Source: Podarcis tiliguerta (lineage: Eukaryota). Taken from it: a DNA stretch of 64,000 nt. The stretch's first letter is position 1. Each line of letters starts with the position of its first letter. The stretch lies in the NCBI GenBank assembly GCA_965153285.1, contig OZ229111.1; one strand, written 5' to 3'. Positions 54,539 to 64,000 of this stretch are shown here, one piece after another. The position numbers and the translations under genes are program-made. Under the pieces are notes generated by a model that saw only the letters and a program-made list of their open reading frames with translations, made no database searches and was not told the DNA's origin.

Positions 54539-57500
54539 GAATAATGGAACACCTCCCCATACACATTAGTATGACAAAATAAATGATAAAATCCTATCTG
54601 CTCTTAACAAAGAATCTGACTTCCTTTTTTAAAAGAAAAAGGAGTTATGTGTTGTGGAGTGCAATCAAATGCATGACTACATAGAAATAATTTCCACTGC
54701 ATCAGCAGTGCTTCATGTGTCCAAGATTGCAACCTCAGACACTGTATGTGGGTGTAGAACTTTCCACAGAGGAGCATTAGAGGTTTTATAGGGAGCTTGA
54801 GGGACAGCATCCTTCCTGAGTGTCCTGAGATTTCTTTGGTATGTGCTGGCTAACCTGCACTCACAGTGCATTATGAACAAATGTGTCTACATCATGTTCC
54901 ACTCGGGGGGGGGGGGGGGACCACCACTACCAGATCTGCAAAGCCAGTGAGCAAGCTCCCTATCCTTCCACAACTCCCCAGGGATGTTGTAGCCTTTCTC
55001 AGCCTCCACCCTAATCTCCCCTTACACCTTCATGCACTGTTGCGAAGACTTTGGCCCAAAGACCTTTATTCTACCCACATCTTCAACACAAGCAGGATTC
55101 AGTGTACTACTAGAGCTCGCTATTCCAAGTAATTCCGTATTTGTGACTTTTAAAGACGGCTCTCCACCCTTGAAGAAAATACTTTTAAAAAGCACCGCCT
55201 ACACATCCCAACAGCACAAAAGATCCCACTAAAATAGATTTCAGTAAGATATTTTGCTTCTCGTGGGACCATACTGTTACGTCTCCAGCTTGACCAAGTA
55301 TTTAGCTCCACTAGGAGGCTGGCAATGTCCTGCCTACCCATCCATAACCGACAAGCTACAGAAGGCTGCCTTTTTATCTTCAGGGTTTTCTCTTTGCCCA
55401 GGCAGGGGAGTATTCTGACCTTCCTCGTTCTCCTAGCACTGGGCAGCCTTGAGGCTGATCCTAGATTTCCAACACACTCCTAAAGGTCAGAACCAGTCTT
55501 CAGGCAGAAGGCGGGGCATGGGAGGGTTGCACATCGCTTGAGCTTCCACCCTGAAGACTGAAGTTCACTAGAGTTATTTTTCTTCAATTGCACAAAGGGA
55601 AAGAAGAAACTTGTTCTTTCTTCCAGTTTGGTTAGACGTGTCAAATGCCCCCAAAAGACATAGCTGCACACAGCTTACATGAAGGGCAACATACATGGAG
55701 GTAGAGAATCTTGGCTACACAAGAGCCCATACTCTAAAGCTTAACCTCCAACTTCTTTAGCCTGTGCCACTGAAACTCAATTTAGCTCATAAGGTCCGTC
55801 TAGCCCAAACATAGTCCCTTGGAGATGAGCAAGATTAAGGCATCCCATAGTTTCTTCACGCCAGGCATTGGAAAGGGGAAAACAGTAAGAAGGACCAACA
55901 TCACTTCTCTCCTTCACCAGAGCCTGGTGCAATATGAGGTTTGAACCTTTCACCCACCACCCCTGCACCCAGTTCTGTATGAATCAGAAGGCAGAAGGGA
56001 GGGGAGGGAGAGATCTGTCACACTCAGCAAAAAAAGTCAGTCACCCCAGCTTCAAGTTCCTGAAAGCGGCAGAAAACTTGAACAAGCAGTGGGGACTATT
56101 GTGATGAGCATCTAAGACAACAGTGGCTGGCACAGAGGCCAGGGTATCCACCTTTTGCAATGTCTGAGCAAATCTGCCGAATATTACAGCCAAAGCCCAA
56201 ACCTCTGGTCTTCTGGTTTTAGCACTGAAATCAAGACCTCTGCTTCTATGTTTAGATCCAGATTATGACAGGTTAGCAAAATCAGAAATCCATACAATCT
56301 TTGTGAACTCAAGGCATGGAGAATCTGTTGGACCCCCAGTATGACCACCTAGCCTAGTATAAACACCAGCCTTTTAACTTCCCTTATGGAAACATTAATG
56401 GGAATAGCCTTAGCTAAGTACTGAATGGGCCATCCAGGATTAATAATTTGCCATACACAGACTTAGCATACAAACTTAAAGGTAAGGAATTTTGGCTCAC
56501 ATTGCTTTGCTGTAGGTAGCAGAAAAAGAAGACAGAGCTCACTTCCTTATGACCTGTTTATTGAGCATTCATTCTGATTTGTTTGCACAAAGTTTGCAGG
56601 GTTAAATGAAGTTGCATCAAGCAAATGCTAACCCATGCTTTCCAGAGCATTTTCCCTGTCACTCTCCTTATCACAAAGAGTTCAGTTTGCTAGGGGAAGT
56701 GAGTTTGTTATGCAAGAGCTCCAAATCAACTTTAAATGCAGGACCCGAATTTACCAGTATGTGACTCAAATCTCACCCAAAATAGAAAGAGTCTGAAAGA
56801 ACTCACAGCTGATCAAAGCAGCAACCAATTCCTTTCACTAGGAAAATTTCCACATACTGAGAGAACACTCTACTAATACCTTCACACTCAGCCCTACACC
56901 AGAAGAGAAACAAATTTCATTTCCCCCCCTCTGGGTGTGGGGAGCCTTGCTGCTGTAGAGAGGCAGTTGGTGGAGGGGGAAGCTGCTCATTCACCCTTCA
57001 AGTTCTTTTTCTCCCCACTACCAGCAAACTCACACACAGAAGTGGAAGTGTTCATTGCATTTCACCATTTACCTAATTGGACTTTAATGTGCTGAGTGGT
57101 TGGTCATTAATGAGATTTTACTTTTTATAAAGACAGGGAGAGAAAACAAAGAGAGACCATCACAAATGAGGAGAGAAATAAATGGTGACAATTTGCAAAG
57201 AGGTAGGGCGGCTGTTCGAGTAAGCAGAGAAAGTTAGAATTATGGGATCCGACTTCCAGTTCTGACACTGATTTGCCAAGCAAGTCTAAATGATTCACTA
57301 CCCACCTGTGTTTTCCCCACCCTCCGAGCTGCAAAACAGGGACAAACGCAATTCTATGGATCCACAGAAACACTATAGGACCTCTTGTATTGCCGAGAGC
57401 CAAAGTCGCAAGGGAATATACATTTATGTCTGATATTTGGGTGCAAGAATCTATGTAGTATTCTGTATCATTGACCTTTTTTAGACATTTTGTTGAGGTT

Positions 57501-57762
57501 TTATGCTGAGCAGGCAGTGTCTCAAACGAAAAGGAACTAATATGATATAAATGTACAGATAAAAAATAAATGCATTCTTACCCCCACGCCCCTACAAAAA
57601 TACACACAGAGAGCAGAACTGTGAGACAGACACTCAATGGAAGGATATAGAGAAGGCAATTATTAATTGCAATAAGAAAGGACAGAGTTTTCCCCTAAGT
57701 CAGAAAGATAGAGGATCACAAAAAAATCCTTCTTGAAGCTTACTCCTTGTGCCCCTTAAAAT

Positions 57763-57894
57763 GGTAAAGGGACCCCTGACCGTTAGGTCCAGTCATGGCC
57801 GACTCTGGGGTTGCGGCGCTCATCTCGCTTTACTGGCCGAGGGAGCCGGCGTACAGCTTCCGGGTCATGTGGCCAGCATGACTAAGCCACTTCT
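57763..57894 (-). mobile_element. Sauria SINE, 5'-truncated
   Basis: ggtaaagggacccctgacc...gggtcatgtggccagcatgactaagcc, homologous to the 63593 copy. Confidence 0.85.
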
Positions 57895-58065
57895 ATACTC
57901 TAAATACTTAAATTCATGTTAAACCATCACCCACTTGCCTGCTGAGCCAGATATGCTGGGAATCATTTCCCAAGCAGTGATCATAGGTGTTGGGGTATTC
58001 AGCAACAGCTAGTGTCTCCTCACCACCACCCCATTCTCATAAAAGATATCCTTCTTACTAACAAA

Positions 58066-58090
58066 ACACACACACACACACACACACACA
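58066..58090. repeat. (AC)n microsatellite
   Basis: Directly visible. Confidence 0.95.
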
Positions 58091-58604
58091 ACTGCAAGCA
58101 GGATGTCTCTTCTAGGGACAGAAGCTTCAAGCAAAGAATTGGTTAGATGATACTACACAAGAAGGATTTGGTGATAAAGCTGCACTTTCCGCCTCAGCCT
58201 TGCAAAGCGATATCCCATTGAAATCCATTTGCTACTCTCCGTCCTGCATCACTCCTGCTCTTTTATTTACCCAAATTGCTACAGGGAAGGATTGCCTCTA
58301 CAAGAGGTGGAGCTCATTTACCAACAGCCAAAGATTTATAGACACCCGCGACAGGGATGATCAGACTCGTTCGTCACCCCGAAACAGCCAGAAGAGAGTC
58401 ACATCCCTCTCCTGTCTGCAGTGACAGATGTCTGCTGCAAGAGCTCTAATAGCAAAGCTCCTTCCTTCCTTGCGTCCTTACCGTGTCTCAGAAACTATTA
58501 AAACTACGCCTTCAAGAACATCAGATCCAAACTCCAGGCAGTTACAGAGAACAAAGGAAATGTCCCACATTCAATACCACCCACCATGCCGTTTAGTTGT
58601 TAAT

Positions 58605-58783
58605 TTTATTTATTACACTGCATCTCACCCTACTCAGGGTAGCATTTAGCCTCTCAACAACTCCATGAGATAGGTTAGAATGAGAGTCTGTAACTTGCCC
58701 AGAGCTCTCTGAAGACTTTCATAACCAAGTAGCAATTTAACCTGGTGTTCCACGCCCACAATTCCAGTCACCGCACCACACTG
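58605..58783 (-). mobile_element. Degraded MIR/CORE-like SINE
   Basis: caacaactccatgagataggttag...aacttgcccagag...cgcaccacactg, the reverse complement of a CORE-SINE layout. Confidence 0.5.
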
Positions 58784-61147
58784 TGTGACGCTGTACTGCA
58801 AAACACAAGTGAGCCTGTCAGGTTTCCAAAGTAGCAAGGAATACCTTCAAGGAATTTGTTGGCACCACTGAGGGCAGATGCTCGTAACCGCACGACTTCT
58901 GCTGTCACATTACCTTCCTCCCGCAGAACCACTCCCATTCACTGTCAGCAGAACTGGTAAGACTCACACAAGTAGAGCACACACAGAGAGATTTTCTACA
59001 CCAAACCACATCACACTGAGGCACCCAGAGCTCCAGCTTCTGCAAGTGGATCCACACAATGGCCACCCAAGCAGGGGTTTTGTGTACACAAGCTCTTCAT
59101 CCTTGCCCTCTGACATATTGGCATCTACACGATATAGCCTTTGAAAAGTTAGTTACAGGGAGCTTCAACTGCTACACAACACAGTGGCTATTTTGCTGAT
59201 GGAAATCCAGTCATTCACCCACAATACCAATTGGTTCCTCATATGCTTCCAGGTGCAATTCTAAGGGCTATTTATCACCTATCAGGCCCCAAATGGTATG
59301 AGACTAGGATATCAGGAAAAAAATCTCTTTGTGTATGAGTATTGCTGCACACTACAGTCATCAGGCAAGGTGATATCCTGCTGCCTCTTATAGTACAGAG
59401 AGCAAGGAAAGGGGGCCAGGCCATCTCCGCAGCACAGCCTAGATCATGGAGCTCCCCACCCAGGGGGACCCAGCAATCTACCAAACACAGCAATGACATG
59501 CCTGGCCCTCTCCTTCCACTCCACAAAATTTAGTTGACTGAACGCCTGCTGCTGCCACAAGCAACCAATGATGTGGAGATGGGGATTCTGAAAATGCAGA
59601 CTGTTGGGGTGTCGCCACGTGAAGGAAGCTCTAGTCTAGTAGGTGTCACTTGTGTTGTTTCAGGCGGCTGCCAGGCATTTACCATCGCATCAAGTGTGGC
59701 CCTTAAGTTTGTAAGCCATCTGAGCAGGATCAAAACTCTGTAACGTTTTGTGCAATGCTTGGAATGCTGCTGCCATGAGCAAATGCTAAACAGAAGTAGC
59801 AATCGAAGTAATGGTATCCTAAATACGTAAGCACTTTGCAGATTAAAAAAGACAACTAATATGCACGAGCTAAAGGGTCCTGTTTTATATATAGACCCGT
59901 CAGATAAAACGCTCCAAAGACAAGGCAGGGAACCAGCCCCTCGCTTGGTGTCTTGGCTCAGTCAAGCTGCACAGGGAAATCCTCTGGCAAGCGTCAAGTG
60001 TCTAGAATTCCCTACAGGGAGTGGCATAAATAGAAAAAAATTACCCCGGGCAACTCCTTGGCTCTACTAGGATTATGCGACAACATCTCAATGCAGAACA
60101 GGAATCCCAACAGTGTGCCTGGCATCCTTGCTCGAGGGTGCACCAGACTGTGCTTCGAGGAGACTAGCAACAGCTGCAAAAAAAATTAGCCTGACCTGGC
60201 ATATAAAAGGCTACAGTCCCTGGACAAAATAAAATTTCAAAAAGCTCCTAAAAGTGACAGCTTTTTTGCTGGAAAAGTAGGCAAGAATGTGGCTGACACA
60301 CCCCTGGCAATACAACCCCTTTGTTTGGGAGAGACAGCAGTAGTAATAACCCACAGAAGTTGGGCTCCTCCAGACAACCTATTTATTGAGCATTCATCCT
60401 GATTTACTTGGAAAAAGCTTGTGCAGAGGCTGCTTATCGAGCATTTGTCCCCGTCTATTTGCGGGAGGGTTATGCAGCAATAAGTATTCATCCTGCATTC
60501 GTCTTGATTTGCTTACTGGGTGTTCAGACGTCTTCTCATTAGACATTTCTCCACCCCACACTTTTCAATGCGTTTTCTTGTCACATTCCTAACAGCAAGA
60601 AGTCTGTTTCGTTTCTTTTTCAAAGTGAATTTATTGTGCTAAGGCAGCGGAGCACTTTAATGCACTTTAACTGAGCAAACCTAAATTTCTTGGTGTGAGC
60701 TTGAATCCCTCCACAATAAACTGACGTTCTGGAGGCAACCCACTGACAAACCTGGTCAGGTAGACACACTGCAAACATCACTGCACTGATTGTCCCTGTA
60801 AGAAGCACTTCTGTATGGAATCTGCTTCTTATTCAGTACACATAGATCACATCTTGTGCTGATTTCTCATATGTGATTGCAACTTTATGTGGATTGCTGA
60901 AAATTAAAAGGGGGAGGACAGATCCAAAATCTAATGGGAGCCCTAGCTCAACCTTCCCAAAGCCTGATAAGCAAGGTGAGGGGTTTAAAAAGAGCTTCCT
61001 CTTGGGAAGGCCCACTCAACACCAGCTTCAGATAGGTAGGGATGGTCACATGGGGCAGTTCTGGCTTCACACAATTTTGCCAGTAGCTCAGAATGTAATC
61101 CCTGCATGTGATGAGATCTACCTGTACCAATCCCTCAAACTACAATA

Positions 61148-61371
61148 CAGTGGTACCTCGGGTTAAGTACTTAATTCGTTCCGGAGGTCCGTTCATAACC
61201 TGAAACTGTTCTTAACCTGAAGCACCACTTTAGCTAATGTGGCCTCCTGCTGCCGCTGCGCCGCCGGAGCACGATTTCTGTTCTCATCCTGAAGCAAAGT
61301 TCTTAACCTGAGGTACTATTTCTGGGTTAGCGGAGTCTGTAACCTGAAGCGTATGGAACCCAAGGTACCAC
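61148..61371. mobile_element. Tc1/mariner MITE with clipped right end
   Basis: ta|cagtggtacctcgggtt ... aacccaaggtaccac (terminal TG and TA missing), internal aacctgaa repeats. Confidence 0.88.
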
Positions 61372-62696
61372 GACCCTGAGATTAAGAAGCTCATGTTCTA
61401 AGATGCTCCCTTTCATTGCAGAGATCCATGAGCATAAAAAAAAAGAGTACTCCATTGTGCTTGATTTCTCTCCAGTTACAGGGAGGAGAATCCAGTTCAT
61501 AGATGGGGAAAGGTCAGAGAGACCTCTGTTCCACTTGTGCCAATCCACACCACAACCAGCACAAGAAGAGCTCAAACCAACATCAGTAAGGCAATTGGCA
61601 AAGCGCCATATGAGATATAAGGGGACTCAGGAAAATCTTAGAATGGGCAGAAACATCAGTCCCACGTACCATGCAAAAATATTGATTGTGTATACAAGCA
61701 TCCTTTCCTCCTCCAACCTTGGACATCTGACAGCAAACACTTCCCCATTATCAGAGCAGGACGTTTTATGAGCATGCTTGTGACCAGCAAGCAGTACAGG
61801 AAAAACCAAAGTGCAGCCTTTTAACAGCATCCTGAGAGCAGCATTCCTGTTAACTCTTCTCTGGCATGCATGGGAGTAATTCAAGCAAGGTCTTGGCTTG
61901 CGTTCGAGATAGTAAGTGCAATTCTAACCAGCCCACGCAACTCTTTCCAGCTGAGCAGGTGCCAGGTTGCAGCTGCCCTTGCTGTTTGTTTCACAAACAG
62001 AACTCATAACCCCTATTCCCACCAGAAACAACACCAACTCCCAAAGCTTGCCAGCCAAAGGGACTACATTAATCCCTGCCCGTAACCCAAATCACAGCGA
62101 TGCACTACAGACTTAGGCAGATGTATGTTCTACTGAACTCAGTAGGGCTTACTCCCAGGTAAGTGGGACTGCAGCCTTACTCACTGATATGGCAAAGATG
62201 AGACCTGGGGTGAAGGAGTGCTGTGTGTACACACACACTTCTAAATTCTGTGTGTGGATTCACACAGCATATGTGGGTAGGGATAATGTTGCCATTAGTC
62301 TAAATAAAACAGAGCAACTGTACAATTAAAGGATCAAGTGGTTAAGAAGTTGATTTCTGTGATAAGCCATGGGTCCTACAATCAGACCTGGCTCAGAAGA
62401 GAACTGTAGTTGATTGGGTACCACAATAGTACTCCCATTGTTTCAGATGGCAATACTCTGCTTTAATATTTTAACCAGGTCTTGCCGGTCCCCAACTTCT
62501 CAAGGGCTTTGAACGAAGAAACAAAATACATGGGTCTGTTGGCCAGGCAGATGCAAAACCCAATATGGATAAAGCTTTCTGGATGACCTTGGGTCTGTCA
62601 CTTTGAGAAATGATTCTAGGCATGGCCAACCCAAAGGTTCCATACTGCCTTCTAACCACTCATTCCAGTTCTGTGCCTGGAAAGGTCTTTCAGGGT

Positions 62697-62786
62697 CATA
62701 GCTGTCAATTTTTCCCTTTTCTTGCAAGGAATCCTATTCGGAATCAGGGAATTTCCCTTTAAAAAAGGGAAATGTTGACAGCTATG
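62697..62786. mobile_element. Small hAT-like MITE, 90 bp
   Basis: TIRs catagctgtcaa..tttcccttt / aaagggaaa..ttgacagctatg. Imperfect 8-bp TSD TTCAGGGT/ATCAGGAT. Confidence 0.8.
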
Positions 62787-62885
62787 ATCAGGATACACAA
62801 CCTGTGGTAGCTCATCAGTCTAGTTCACTTCCCCAGACTGAGTCTCCTGGTTCCAGTCCCTGAGTCTCTGGCCTTTAAGTGCAAG

Positions 62886-63021
62886 ATCATAGAATTGTAA
62901 AGTTGGAAGGGATCACAAGGGTCATCTAGTCCAACCCCCTGCAATGCAGTAATCTTTTGCCCAATGTGGGTCTCGAACCCATGACTCTGAGATTAAGAGT
63001 TTTGTGTTCTACCAATGGAGA
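62886..63021 (-). mobile_element. Short SINE with tRNA-Lys-like head and CR1-derived tail
   Basis: Minus strand reads tggtagaaca...actcttaatctcagagtcatgggttcgagacccacattgggc, then ggggttggactagatgaccc...ttccaac...attctatgat. Confidence 0.85.
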
Positions 63022-63592
63022 TGATCCTTTCTTTGTGTTGTCTCTTCCCCCACCCCCTCTTTGAACGGGGCTCTTCCTAGAGTTCTGAGTCCATCTTTTC
63101 TGTTTCTCTTCCGAGGAAACCCAGTCCCTCCGCTTCCACAAGAAAACAGGACCTCGGGATGCCAGAGACCTGGGTTCCTTACACAGGGTGCTCCTCTGTC
63201 AAATGGAGTTTTGTGGCAGGCAGGAAGTCTGTCCCATTCAATATCATCTGGCTGACTGATTTCCATCAAGTTGGTTTGTAACACCTTGATTGAGCTAAGT
63301 AGCTAATCTTATCCCTACAAGCAGCAGGGTGCAGATTGCCAAGCACCAAGGAAAGCTTAACAACTCAATTGCACTGCCTAAATAATAGCACTTCCATTAT
63401 TAATATCAGAGTAATGAACCACAGGTACGTTACAGGTACCCTTCAAGATTGTTCCAAAGACAGGCAGCCTCACGCATAGAGAGACAATTTGCAAGGACAG
63501 GATCTCCTCTCCCTTAACTCATTGAGAAAGCTACTACTTGAAAAGGTAGTAGCTTTTCAAGCCTTTTCAAGTAATAGCTTTCTCAATGAACT

Positions 63593-63967
63593 AAGGTAAA
63601 GGACCTCTGGATGGTTAAGTCCAGTCAAAGGCAACTATGGGGAGTGGCACTCATCTCACTTCAGGCCAAGGGAGTCAGCGCTTGTCCACAGACAGCTTTC
63701 TGGGTCATGTGGCCAGCATGACTAAACCACTTCTGGTGCAATGGGACACCGTGACAGAAGCCAGAGTGCACGGAAATGCCATTTACCTTCTTGCTGCAGT
63801 GGTACCTATTTATCTACTTGCACTGGTGTGCAATCGAACTGCTAGGTTGGCAGAAGCTGGGACAGAGCAATGGCAGCTCACCCCGTCACACAGATTCAAA
63901 CCACCGACCTTCCGATCGGCAAGCTCAAGATGCTCAGTGGTTTAGACCACAGCACCACCTGCGTCCC
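63593..63967 (-). mobile_element. Sauria SINE, near full length
   Basis: Minus strand head gggacgcaggtggtgctgtggtctaaaccactgagc, B-box-like ggtttgaatc, conserved gtcatgctggccacatgacc, tail tttacctt. Confidence 0.9.
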
Positions 63968-64000
63968 TCTGCTAGGTAGGCAGAACCTACTTGAACAACT

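Larger units (their letters stand above)
53272..64000 (-). other. PLXNA1: Probable first intron of PLXNA1 (non-coding exon 1 and promoter beyond the window)
   Basis: Ends in a strong acceptor. No CpG island or promoter-like region is visible, and the region is repeat-rich. Confidence 0.6.

Noticed and set aside
62955-63021. tRNA-Lys(CTT)-like sequence
   Set aside because: Stems are degenerate and it is fused to a CR1 tail, so it is a SINE head, not a tRNA gene.
1-64000. Remaining 60-170 aa ORFs in the track (e.g. 5673-6116, 26513-26965, 39748-40257)
   Set aside because: They have no recognisable domains, often use non-ATG starts, and overlap on both strands. This is typical of random intronic ORFs.

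Overview
Vertebrate genomic DNA, most likely a squamate and probably a lacertid lizard, judged from Sauria SINEs plus lizard-type L2, CR1 and Tc1/mariner and hAT MITE families recognised from memory. The window appears to lie entirely inside the plexin-A1 gene (PLXNA1) on the minus strand. It holds the large first coding exon (CDS 53098-51920, signal peptide plus most of the Sema domain) and the next 183-nt exon (34084-33902). The rest is intron rich in transposon relics. I found neither exon 1/promoter nor the following coding exon. I see no convincing wholly new biological system. The best leads are: (i) a chain of three stop/start-coupled uORFs with a second splice acceptor that could remove two of them; (ii) a candidate alternative terminal exon and an intronic poly(A) site that would give secreted Sema-only PLXNA1; (iii) a young CR1 insertion carrying a 26-nt inverted copy of nearby DNA at its 5' junction; (iv) a 35-bp hairpin fully paired only on the gene's sense strand. 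Nearly all other ORFs in the track are chance ORFs.
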